Below, piece after piece: positions 50,691 through 63,341 of a stretch of DNA of 64,000 nt. Positions within the stretch are counted from its first letter, which is position 1; every line of letters starts with the position of its first letter. The notes beneath the pieces are model-generated. The model made no database searches, was not told the origin of the DNA, and was given only the letters and a program-made list of their open reading frames with translations. Source of the stretch: Lingula anatina (lineage: Eukaryota > Animalia > Brachiopoda); the NCBI GenBank assembly GCA_051362555.1, contig CM120642.1, forward strand, positions 25,978,001 to 26,042,000. The letters are read 5' to 3'. The position numbers and the translations under genes were made by a program.

Positions 50691-50898
50691 TAATCAAGAG
50701 CACCTGGATGAAGCCGATCATCTAACTAAGCTGCAGATTGTTCGAGCTGCGTCAAGTTCCGACCCAGAGATACCACTGCGGTTTGGGTTTGGTGGATGCT
50801 CGCAAAATGGTGCGATACAATTTGCCAACAAAGAGGTGCATGCACTTCCGTACATCAATCGATCTGCAAAACCTCTCCCTGCAGTACCACGGCATTAA
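50691..50898 (+). CDS. Orphan gene copy 2, terminal coding exon (spliced product 94 aa)
   Basis: ttttgcag| phase 2: (S)NQEHLDEADHLTKLQIVRAASSSDPEIPLRF...YINRSAKPLPAVPRH*; same stop context as copy 1. Confidence 0.6.
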
Positions 50899-51664
50899 TC
50901 CCCCTCTTCATAGAATAACGTGATTGATAAGAAGATACGGTTCACAAAAAAAAATCTAATCTATGATCGTAGTTTCAAACCAACATAAACCAGTTAGAGG
51001 GTCTCTGTGCTGATTTTATCACCACATTTTTACCAAAAATGTCAAAAATGTTTGAAAGAATGGTATAAATTCCCATTATGAAGTAATTTTTATATCCTGC
51101 TTCAATTTTGAACTCTGTTAGATTTAGTATCTGAGATGCTTTCACTGCTTTGTGACTCATATATAAACCAGTATATGCATTAACTGGCAAAATTGACCAA
51201 TGTAACAAATAACAAATATACATATTATATATTTTATACTTGAGATTATACATATTATACTTGAAATACTTGACTTTTTGGGTTTGAGTATGGTTAGCAA
51301 ATTCTTTCCTCTTGAAGATCTCCATAGAAATGAGAACACTAGTTTTAGAATACAATCAGCTTTTCTGTATGATTGTTGGCTACTTTTGTCCTGAGGATTT
51401 GATGTATTTGATTTATGGAATCCAGCAGTATTGCACAAATAATTACAGATTTATAGACAAGATTTCTTTAACCACAATATGAAAGATAATCATTTAGTTA
51501 CTGGCACAGAATAATGTATGTTTTGAAAGTATTTGTTTTGTTTTGAAGTGTGGGAGAAATATAATAAATACATTGCTTTGAGTGAAAAAGTCCCACAAAA
51601 TATCCATTAATTATTCATATCTTTTTGCTATCCTTTTCTATGAATTTGATTAAGATTGACTCAA

Positions 51665-51717
51665 AATAAAAGAGGGTAAATAATCACAGAGAAACAAATC
51701 TCTTTACAGAATTTATT
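51665..51717. terminator. Facing poly(A) signals of two convergent genes
   Basis: AATAAA on + at 51665-51670 and on - at 51717-51712; the same pair is present at 40533-40585. Confidence 0.35.
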
Positions 51718-52745
51718 CATACATAGTGCAAAACTTAGCAAAGCAATTGACATTTGACATCTTTCGACCTTTGATATATGGAAAAATATAATTATATGTA
51801 CAAAATAACTTATTCACCAACAAGGTACACTTGAATTCAACAATAACATAGCAGCTCTTGAAGGGTTATAATAATGTTGTTAATAACAATAATAATAATA
51901 AATGATTATGAAAGTACAGTTATTACAATTCTTCTAAATGAGCTTGGCTTAAACCATTATTTACAAAACTGTAATAAATACAATGCAAGATTATTTTACA
52001 AAGTGTTATAGTACATGTGTCGTTTACTCTCCATACTAACGAGTATCCCATGAACTTCTGTACACTGATGAATATAGGCCACGTTAACATAGGCAATATT
52101 ACTGGAAAATCCTGTTACTTATTTTAGTGAATTTCTACACCTGGGCAAGGTGACAAAAACTCGATGGTATAAGCGAATGGAATACAAATGGCATTCTTTT
52201 CTAACTTGTTTTACAAGTTGATCAAAAATCAGCGTCACGTTGGATACAATGATCTTCAAGCTATAAAATTACAACACTTTTCATTAAACTTTATCTTTGA
52301 AAGAGAGGCACAGGTAGCATGGCTGTCGCAAAGTTAATTCAGATGCCTGGTCTAGATTTTGCACAGATTTGTTATACTAATACGGCCATGCCCAGGGGAG
52401 GGGCTAAACGACCACCCACCTACTCCTGAGCTGGAGGCTTTGAATCTTGGAAGTGATTTTAAAACATCATTTTTCGAAGAATTAGAAAAAAGCCATACAA
52501 AGAATATATCAAATCTGCAGAAATAGACCGAAGTGAGGTTTTCTTGTTGTAGTCTCAACAACAACGTTTAACAACAAAAACAACAATAACAACATACATA
52601 ACATTGTCCAATGGATGCCTGCTGTATAAACACGCCAGTAAAAAAAAAAACCAAACAAAACAAACGATCTACGCTGGTTGCATTGATGATTGCATTGCAT
52701 AAAAACATTTGCACTTAACTGTTCAGACTAATACAATAACAATCA

Positions 52746-52978
52746 TCATAGCGTTGTGCCTGTGATCATCATGTAGAGAAAGTTCGTTACAACCACTCCC
52801 AATATGAGTGTGCTAGTTGAGACAGTGCTAGATGCGCCGGTTGTGCTCAGTGCCGAGTATTTTGGCAATGCCTCGCTGCCCGGTGTTATGGTCATCTCAA
52901 CAGGAACAAAGTTGTCCAACATGGTTGCTATATAATCTCCTTCTTCTTTGCCGATGAATATGGCGATGACGTCCTCAA
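52746..52978 (-). CDS. PA-domain protein, terminal coding exon (end of PA domain plus hydrophobic tail)
   Basis: ttttcag| phase 1: VEDVIAIFIGKEEGDYIATMLDNFVPVEMTITPG...TLILGVVVTNFLYMMITGTTL*. Confidence 0.85.
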
Positions 52979-55843
52979 CTGAAAAACACATAAAAAGGGA
53001 ATTTTGAGAATCATGATTAAGAATTCAAGCTGCCGTTTTCCTATCTGCAACGAGAAAACTTTTTTGTAAATAACTGTTGTATTAATTCTTTTTTCTTTTT
53101 TTTATTCAGAGATTGTCGCAGTTCTAAATGTTTATAAGCACCGAGCGTGAACTCAAAATTCGATTTTTTTTCCTATAAATAATATGCCAATGTTTTGAAA
53201 TGGCATTTACGTGCAGTATGGTCGTCAGTACCAATACTCGATTTGTTTGTATACAAAACATTTGCTCCCCTATATCTTTATGTCATACAGGAAGTTCCAT
53301 CCAAGTGCAGCGCCGCACATCGCGTAGCAGACAATCCCACACCATACGCTCGCACAAAAAACCGCGCCGCCGGAAACAAAACCTCATTTCACCACCGCAC
53401 ATAAATGCCCTTACGACACACAACGGCCGAACATTCCACAGCGTGCACTATTATATGATTTATTAATCCACATATGAAATGAGGTTTGTTGTCATGTTGA
53501 TGTTTTTCCACGTGGATGAATTCGGCAAACCCACTACAAACACACAAAAGGGAGCGGCGCCTTTGTTGTTAAATACCACAATTTCGATAATTCACAAACG
53601 CTTAAACGCGGGCGCTGGGTGAATTTTCCTTTGCAGTAAGTGCGCGTACGCAAAAGCTCTTTCCTGCCAGATTTACTTTGTAATTCGAAGAAATTTATGT
53701 AATGTAATGACCGCACAATATAAGATACTTAGTTGGAAATCATGGGGTTAAGCGGCAATCATATGATCTCTCATGATTATCATTGATTTAAGGCATAGCA
53801 GGCCATTCTTTTTAATTAAAATGAAGCAAATTTGTGAAAAATAACCATTGCAGGCCTAACAGGTTCACATATAAGCTTTAGAAAATAATTTTTGCATATT
53901 TAAAAACTCCGATATTCGAGAACACAAGATTAAGATTAATCTAAGATTATCTTGAGAGATGGTAAAGGCTTGTCAAAAATATCTGGAAAACGCGCTTTAT
54001 TTGATAGAAGGCACTGTCGGAAAATATTGAAACATCGATCAAATATGTTTTATGAAGTTTTTTTTGTGTCAATAATTCTACCTTATCAGACAGAGGGAGA
54101 GATAGGGCTATAAAAAACTGCAATTGATTCTTTCTGACTGGGTCTTCTGAACCAAAAATTAAATAGGTATTAATCAATCAAAGGCATCAAGACGTATGTA
54201 TCTTTCCTCATTAGAGTAAAATTAAGTAAAAAAAGTTAATTCATAACACCAGATTTACATGGAAGGAAGGTCGTTTTACCGCACCCCTTATTGTTTCGTA
54301 AATCAACAAGTACTTTAAGAGATGCATAGTGAAAAGAAATTGACACACATATTTTCTGATCTCATTTCATTTTTACGATTTAGATAAACTGGTGCGTTTA
54401 AAAGTAAATTTACCCAGATATTCATTATCTATTCACTTAAATTTTGGTCTCCAGACCATTAATAAAATAAAATAAAATAAATAAATAAAATAAAACCATA
54501 AAATTATATAAAATAATAACACCCGTCATAATTTCAAATTCGTTGTTTTTTATTTTATTTATTAGCCACTGTCACAATTTAACAAAGCTTTGCATTTTTT
54601 TGCAACAGATAGGTCAATCAAAACTATGGAAAGTGAACATACATATAGTTAGGAAGAAACGATTGTTAATAAACCAATAATAACTAACCACGACAAAATT
54701 TCAAATCAACTGCAATAATACTGTAATCGAAAAAGAGCTTGGATGTGAGTTCCCCACTGCTATGTTTTCATGGAGAATTTTCCAGTGTTTCAGGCGTGAA
54801 GCCAAGCTCCAACGACCTTCGAACCCAAACAAGTGCACATGGTTTTCACATGTTCGCAACATGATTGTTTACTAACGTACTATTTTTGTTTCACCGAAGA
54901 ATGAGGCTATCTACTGTAAATTGGTCGGGAATCGATTGAAGCACCGGCATCAGGGAATAAAGAGGCGTTTGTTTTAATACAGCAAAATTGCATCAGCCAT
55001 GGCGGGAAAATTCCACGTGATATCCACGGGTGGGTGGGCGTGTTTTATTTATATTTACATACGGGTAGTTTAGGTGCACTGATCATGAAGAATATATATA
55101 TAATCCATGCAGGAAAGTAGCACCTACTATTACTATATATGTCTAGTCTATGGACGGACTCCCATTGAAGGTTATTTTTGAGAGGCGTATACTCGAATTA
55201 CGCTAACAGAAACGCGCGCAGACTTGTACTTAACAGCATTCACCCGTTTTCAGATATTTTACTAAGCATTCCTAAGACGCTTGCGATGGAGCGTTCCCGC
55301 TGTATGCACGCGGCTGAAGCGGGTTGGCACTTTGCCGAGACGGGATTTTTCCGCCCGCACCAGACACATTAATAACTTCCATATATCGTATACTCATCAC
55401 GGCGTTGAAGCAAACAGTGGCAGCCATAATAGCCTATTTCTTTGCATATATATATATATATATATGTATACATTACACTGGAGCTATCCGGTCCTCGTGG
55501 ATAAAGTAGGCTATTTGATAACAATTTTAACCTTATTTGACCTTCAGTCGACTTAAATTAAAGCGTATTACAATTCTTGTGACTTAAGCCGAGAACATCA
55601 GTGACAAACAAAATTACCAACGAAAAGTAAACATCAGAGAGCAAATATTTTGCAAGAGGTCAAACAGTAATTAACTGAGCACCAATCGAAACAATCAGAT
55701 ACCTGGCACGTTTCCAAGAGGTCTGCGGGAGCGTTACGTCACGTCCAAATGGACCAATTTAAACCATCAAGCATCACTTTCTATGTTGCCAGACAAAACA
55801 GAACATGAAATAGTTCAATTAAACTATTCTAGGTTTTATTTAC

Positions 55844-56369
55844 CTTCGTGATCCATTACAACGAGCGGGTTCTCTTCTCTGTCATTGTAAACAACAACCG
55901 CCGTGGCCCCCCGGAGTTTGGCAGCGTTGTAAATCTTGTCCTGGAATCTGCACTGTCCTCGCTTGACGAGTGCGATCCAAGGCTGACCTCTGTCGATCAC
56001 GTTTACTGGGATTGTGCATCCATAGTGAGAGCCGTCCTTCGTCACAACATGGTGAACATGTCCATATGCTCGCGCTATTGTGCTGCCCATGCTGTATTTC
56101 CCAATGTCCTGCAGCGGTCGGTGATGCCTACCACTAGCGTCTGTGTAGGTGATATTTACACATGCTGTATAGTAGGTACTCTTTTCGTCTGAAAGCAACG
56201 TAGGTCCCGTCTCACTGCAGGTACAACACAGGCACAGTACAGCGAGGATGATCGGGAGACGGAGTCTTGATCGCCCTCCAGTGAGGACACACACTTGCCA
56301 GGTTGTCATGGCCAGGGTCTTTAGGCATCCAGCGAGCGCACGTTTTCTTCCAAATCGTCCTCTTTCCAT
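55844..56369 (-). CDS. Goliath/GRAIL (RNF130/RNF150-family)-type protease-associated (PA) domain protein, coding exon 1; spliced product up to 252 aa
   Basis: Hydrophobic signal-like IILAVLCLCC, then YYTACVNITY...PWIALVKRGQCRFQDKIYNAAKLRGATAVVVYND...MDHE; phase-1 donor gaag|gtaaat. Confidence 0.9.
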
Positions 56370-57179
56370 GGCTTAAATACTGCTACGATTGCCTACTCGA
56401 GCGTAATGTAACTTTGGAGACAATTTTGTGGTTACAACAACGACTTAATTTCCCACATCTACTTCACGTGGTGCTTCATTCACGAATCTACAATCTTATG
56501 TTTTCATATGACGTGTTTGTCATGTGACAATAATAACCTCGTTTCCAGACAAATGGTTATTACGACAAATTTTGGGGAGATATCTAAGGAAATAATATAA
56601 AATGAGATTTTTATAAATAGTATTTTTCAGATAATGCACATATTATCATATAATTCACGAAGCATAAGGTTCAATGTTTCAGAAAATGTTATTTATCTTT
56701 TATTCAACTAAGAACTGCTAAAATATTTTCCTTAGGCCTCTCCCTATATGAAGGTGTGACATAAAGGTATGCATACGATGTGGGCAAGTCTCCAGACGAA
56801 CATTATTGAAATCGGTCAGGCAGTTCATTTTTAACATAATCTTTTGACAAGCAGTGATGTGTAAAACGGCAGGCGGTCATTCAGAGTCTACTAACGGTCC
56901 CTCTTATAGTGAACTGATAAAGGAAGCTAGCTGACATTGGACATTAAGGGTTATGTTTTGGCGGGAACAGTACGTTACTACACTCTTACGCTAGAGTAAT
57001 CCTTTTCAGCTATCGCTGTAAAATAAACAATAAAGAGTGAAATGCAGGTTAAGTCTCGTTGTGAATGAAGTTTATGCAAACCCAACAGTTGTGAAAGGAT
57101 TTATCGCTATGCATATACTAAACTATTAAAATTGGCACAGTGCCCTTGAATCCCACAACCAATATGCTTCGCCCACCTA

Positions 57180-57183
<4 letters not shown>

Positions 57184-57221
<38 letters not shown>
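57184..57221. repeat. (GT)n microsatellite
   Basis: About 19 GT units. Confidence 0.95.
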
Positions 57222-57222
<1 letters not shown>

Positions 57223-57793
57223 GAAAATACGCATTAAATATTCCTGGCAAAGATCCAAAAGGTGTCTATTAGTCAAAACAGGTTATCTGCTTGTGAAGCT
57301 TAATAAAAATGTGTCCCGTCGCGGATATTTTGTTAATTTTTCCGCAAAAGTTTTCTGATCACAAGAAATAAAACAGACAAATCACATTAGAAATATATGC
57401 CCTTAATGAGAGCATACATTTACTTGACATACAAAACAGGCAGATGTACATATTGTAACTGGCCACCCCAGACGGTTAAAACAATATCTTAAATACCATG
57501 TGCGTGCTGAAACTGATAATAGCAGGGCAGACATAAAGATAATGTGTACAGATGCCAGGCACACAAGAAACAAAGAGATTCGCCGTTTTTTTTTTCTGGC
57601 TGAAAAAAGGAAAATACTCTGTCTTTATCTAATTTTATTTCCTCGTGGATTTTTGGCTTTGCTCCAAATTATGCATGTTTAGAAAAAAAAAGAGTTTAAT
57701 CTTTAATTTTGGTTTAACCTTTACTTTTTCCCCCGTAAAAGAATGCATTTTTACAACTGCTTTGCCATAACATTACACATTAAATATATTTGG

Positions 57794-57874
57794 CATAGAA
57801 CTTCTTTTCGGGATATGATATTAAATTTATAATCATAGAACTTCTTTTCGGGATATGGTATTAAATTTATAATC
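57794..57874. repeat. 40-bp direct tandem duplication
   Basis: catagaacttcttttcgggatatgrtattaaatttataat twice. Confidence 0.9.
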
Positions 57875-59198
57875 CTTTAACAAAAGGACGTGAGAGTTCC
57901 AAGAATAATGACGGACAGTTCACCCGATCCTTTTCAGTTTCTTTTTCAAAGGAGTCAATTAATTTTTATATATAAAACAACAAAAAGGAAGATTGCAAAA
58001 ACGAGCAATGAAGTCAATCGGCGCTTATAAGATTAACTGATTAGTGGATTAATTCGCCAGATACTAATTTTGTTACAATTTGACTAAGGAAAATGGAAAA
58101 CAGCGGCTAATTCTTTGGTAGATAACTCAAATTTGTTTTTTTATTTTATCTATCATAATTAATTTAAGTCATTCAGCTATTTAACTAACAGAAATATTTT
58201 GCACCAAAACGAACCTGGATTTTGTATCATAATTGCTTTGTCATCGTCATCATTGTAATTTTGAATGCATCGTCATCTGTTGATCGACGCTCAACTAAGG
58301 CTTATGTACATGAAGGTAAACCTGCGTTTCTGATCGAGGACCATTGTTCCTGCGTCTATCCGCACTGACGAGTGCACTGTTTACTAACAAACCGCACCTA
58401 AACTACCACGTCGACATTGCATCATCATGTAAAACCGCAAAGAATGACAAGGCGTTTTTATTACAGTTCCCACCTTTCACTGGTACCCATTTTTTCTTTT
58501 AAGTGTTTGAAAGTCGTCACAAAGTGGCGTGAAAAGGAAATATTAAGATTTCGTGATCTCTTAGATTTAGATTCGTTATCCTGCCCGGATGGTTGGACAG
58601 AGATTTTACTTTTTGGCGGGAAATTGTAATTAAAATCGTCTGCATGAAACAAAAAAATTGCCCTAGGCGGTCGTCTGGGAAGTGGGGTGTTCCCACCATA
58701 AATCCTAAAGACTGCACCTGTTGAACTTTGTATGTGAAAGGATTTTACTATTTATTTAATTACATATCTGGATGAAAAAACATTGCATCAGCTTCTGATT
58801 CTTTCAAAGATCGTGTCGGCCTTCCGAGATGGTTACACGTTTTAACATTATAATATTACTAAAATGTTTATGTTCACCACTTTTAAGTTAAGCACTCTGA
58901 AATTTTAAAAATCTCCAAAATTGCTCATAAATGGTTCCAATTTATCTTTTTTTTTTTTTTTGTGATGCCTTTTATGCATATCACGAACCATTCCATATTA
59001 TATACTCTGTTGCCAAATCTCATTTCAACGAAAATTATTGTTGGGAACGAAACCGAACAGAAATTAAAAAAAGATTAATCATAATGGAAATAAAATGTCC
59101 AGCTATAAGATAAAATAGAAAATAAGTATGATCGATTTTTGTCTCCTTTGCTATCTGTTATGCAATCCATGTCTTCGCCAAGTCATGGGTGTAAGTAA

Positions 59199-59335
59199 AG
59201 CCTCGGTCACAACCGGACGCACGAATTTCAGGATCGTACGCGATTTTTGGTTGTTGCGAAGGCCGTGGAGGTCGTAGAGGTAAAGGAAAGTCTGCCTTGC
59301 GAGTCGCAAGGGGCCGCACGAGATTTCCTTTCAAG

Positions 59336-59378
<43 letters not shown>

Positions 59379-59512
59379 CTAATTGCATGGAACGATGGCC
59401 GTGGAAATTGTACTCAAATCTTGAGTTTGTCTTGCGTGGGACGTGAGATTCTGCGCAAAAATTGGACGCAAACAGCCCGTAAGAGCCCGTACGGCCGGTT
59501 GTGACCGAGGCT
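59199..59512. mobile_element. PIF/Harbinger-type MITE
   Basis: TIR agcctcggtcacaaccgg / ccggttgtgaccgaggct with TAA duplication (59196-59198, 59513-59515); internal poly-G run. Confidence 0.85.
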
Positions 59513-62500
59513 TAAAACCAAGTTTTTGCTTGGGTCATTCAAACTTAAACTGGTCCCAAGGCAGGAATGATATTTTTCGAAAAACTTTTTATTGACATCG
59601 CCAACGCCAGGCATCAAATTTAAGGGTCATGCCAGGACCAAGAAAGTATTGTGTAAACTTTTTGACATCATTGTATTGATTTCTGTGAACGTTTGTGATT
59701 TAGTATATTTGATTTTCATGTGTGTAGATCGAATATTCGGCTTTAAGAAAATGATTGTGTTGGTTTATGGTTTTCAGGGAGTGGCTTATTGAAGGAATAA
59801 TAGTAAACTCAGATCTGCATATACATTGCATGATTATGAATAACGGATTGGAAGAATGTCATTGACACCATAAAAAAAAGGTATTGCATTATTTCTCGCT
59901 TAAGACTGAAGAACGGTTATTTTCACTGTCATTTAAATACCCACAAGACGCACTTAAATTGCTTGATTCCTTTTAAATGTATTAATATCATAGTTGCGAC
60001 AAAATATATTTCTAAAAACCTTAAACAAGGGTCCTGGGCCAACGGTTCTACATTGATGACTTCAGTACATCCACACGAGCCTGATTTTGTTGCAGTAGCG
60101 CTACAATGGAATTTACCCAAATTACAGCCACCAGGCTTCTGAACAACGCTGGATGATTTTTCCTTATTCTGACGCCTCCTAATGTACCCAAGAATTCACG
60201 GTGGTTTTTCATTGTTTCTGTTAGTTTATATGGCACATACTGGGTAAAAACAGAACGACAACAGACCAACTTAATTTTCAGATCATATAATCTCCAAATG
60301 AATCGAATGACACGCCGAGTTTCAAGCGCATCTGTGTTCCCCTTCTGCCAAAGAAATACGTTGTAGTCAACGAGAGATATCGTTTACTGGGTGGGTGGTG
60401 GTGGTAGTAGTGATTGGGGGGACTTGACGACAGCAACTGGTAGACGTCAGAAAATGGCGGTTTCGTGTGGCCAACAGACGTTAGACAGATACATGATGCA
60501 ATGGACTTCCAATTATTTTGTTCATAACATAGTATTGGCTGGCGTGGATTTGATATACGGGCAAAGGATGGTGAGGAACGCACGCAAATATGAATATCGA
60601 TCGATTCATTCATGGAATGATGAATGTTGGGCGATTTAAACGACAGTGATTTCTATACTATAAAAGAGGAGTATCGGTGTAAATGAAGGAATATGGTAGC
60701 GACATTACGTGAAACATAAATTTTAATAGTATTGGCTTCAGTAGGTTTAAAGAGCTTATTCAAACATACATTTACATGTGAGTGTTTTGTATATGAATTA
60801 TCGTTATTAGACGTTCCAGTTTAATATTGAATGATATGCTGCTAGAATTTTAATACACTTTGCCCGCATATTCATTTCTACGTCACTCTGGGTATGCTAC
60901 GTTGAATGCAACAGTAGCATCACGCCAGGCAGGTTGTTTATGAATGAATGCATGAAAATGTCCTATAACGGCATTTTCGACGCCTACGGTAATGTGTGAT
61001 TCAAATAACGTCACAAATTGATTATTTGCTAAAAAAAATTTGGATGAAAAAAGGCTGGGCCAAACGCGAAATTAACAAGGGAAACTATTCAATAAAGCCT
61101 ACTCAAGATTGGCCATCGTTAAAAAAAGATGAAAATTGCTACCTACTTAATGTGATAACCAGTGTAAAAGTACATTGTACGTTACTGTGAACTCTCTGTT
61201 AATTAAGTCCATATTAAATTCTTTTCATATAATACAGCTTTGTGCTTGCCTCCTATGCGCATTTTCGTTCTACGCTCTTTTCCGATAACAAAATTCCGAA
61301 GCCTTACATCGTCCCTTCCCATAATTACATGCACAAAGCTGTGTCCTTCTTTCTGTTCGTTAAATGGGCTCTTGTGACATAACATAATAATATAATCTAA
61401 GTTCTGTGAAAGCTCGTGTAACTTTGCGGAGAAATATTCAGTCAGAACATTTATCAGATCGGGCTAAATATACTCGAATCTATGTACACATATTTGATTT
61501 ACTGGTTTTAGTCAAATATTATAAACATTTGTTTTATAAATGTCAACGTTTTTAAAGATATCTTCCCTAAAAACCGTCTGTCCTACTAAGCGACAAAAGA
61601 ACCGAGAAAACGTGACGCATCACTCCTTCTGGTGTGCTTCTTTATGGTGATATCGAATTTGCGACGCTATATGATGATATCCCACATAAGGATACAAGAA
61701 AATGTCATCCTAAAAGTATGTACATTAATGTAGCCCGCAATTTTAAAGGGGGATATGCTTTTTTCTGAAAAAATGGATTAAAATTACTTTGGAAAAAAAT
61801 ATCATTCCGCCGATAGATACCAAAGAGTTCAGCCAAACTGGAAAAAACTGCAAAAACCAACCAAATGGGCAAAGACACCGATTTACAATTATTAAGCGTT
61901 ACAGCTTTTTCTCATTTTTCTGTCACTTTTATTTATAAATTTTACGTAACATCGCAATAACACTAAATGCTCACAGCTTTTTGATGTTTATAAAATTTAG
62001 TTTATAAACAATTTATAAACAAGATCTGCTGTCCTGTACCTTATGCCCCCTTTTTTCCAACCACTACCTGTTAAAAAGATAATGTGTTTAAGTCACCGCA
62101 AATAACATCCGCATTTTAATAAAAGTGCAACATGAGGACCTTTCATGAGAATGCCTTTATGGAAACCCTTATTACCAATAGTCTATAAGGTGTCCTCCGA
62201 TATAGTTTAAAACCATTTCCTTTTTCGCGAGTCTGATTTCTGTTTACAGATTTTGATAAATAATAAATATTGATGGCCGTTAACCACACTAGTGCCAAAT
62301 TTTTGTAAATCGTCAGCAAAAAGCGTATAAATCTCTTGGTCCTTTCCGAACAATTTATAACTTCCAACCAATAAGTGCCTATATTGTCGGTTATAAGGCT
62401 TATTTGAACTGGCTTGGCGGTTAAGCAGTACTCGCTCGCGCTATTCTAACTTTCCTAAGATAGTAACGATCAAAGTCACTAGAGAGTAGGCGTCAATTTG

Positions 62501-62799
62501 GCCAATTCACCGTATTGATAGGAAAATAAGTTCCAGTCTGAATGTTCAAATCATGGCATGATGGCAAGGAATATGCGGTTGCTGGAACAAAAGTAATTAC
62601 TTTGGGACATTTGGAGTTTATAACACTCCCAACATTTCACGCTCCCAAAACAAGAATAGCATGCTCATTCCTCAACGTATTTCCCGGTCAGATGTTATGG
62701 ACTACAATGAGCGAGTTTGAAATCGCATTCAGTGACGATTAAAACAGTGTCAGGAGTAAATTATTGAAGTCCACCGTCTTACAATGTTTGTATTGTCCA

Positions 62800-62817
62800 C
62801 TCTCTCTCTCTCTCTCC

Positions 62818-62865
<48 letters not shown>
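62800..62865. repeat. (CT)n microsatellite
   Basis: Long, slightly interrupted CT run. Confidence 0.95.
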
Positions 62866-62868
<3 letters not shown>

Positions 62869-63277
62869 TTCCATTCTTCGCACTCACACAACATAACTTC
62901 CCCTGTGAGTAAGTACCTAGACCTGTCCGAACCCAATAACACCTTTATACATCTAGTTATTTGTTTCACGAAGGGTGAGCCTGGTCAATACTTATGGTCA
63001 ATATAAAATGTTGTTATTGTTATTGGACAGAGGTCCATCCACAAAGGGATAAGAAGAACAGTATCTGACCATCCTAGGCCCAGTGCGCAGGCGTGAAATT
63101 TCCCCACCCACAAGTCTAGTACCCCGGTACTTTTCCATCAGGCTTGGTGAGCACATAAAAGTCCTCCCTTTTATGATATAGGTTAATTGTAAAGCCATGC
63201 ATTGAGGTTGATCTTTCTTTGTAATGCATAAAGAAATAGTAGCAAAATATATCAAAATGCTTACATCAATGAAAAAA

Positions 63278-63341
63278 TGTGATCTGAAATGATGAGCTTC
63301 ACAGACCTTGTGGTCTGAAATGATGAGCTTCACAGACCTTG
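63278..63341. repeat. 31-bp direct tandem duplication
   Basis: tgtgrtctgaaatgatgagcttcacagacct twice. Confidence 0.9.

Noticed and set aside
50761-50790. IPLRFG as an RFamide peptide in orphan copy 2
   Set aside because: No basic cleavage site after Gly, no signal peptide, and the motif is absent from copy 1
59158-59504. Poly-Pro and poly-Gly ORFs
   Set aside because: They arise from the poly-G run inside a Harbinger-type MITE
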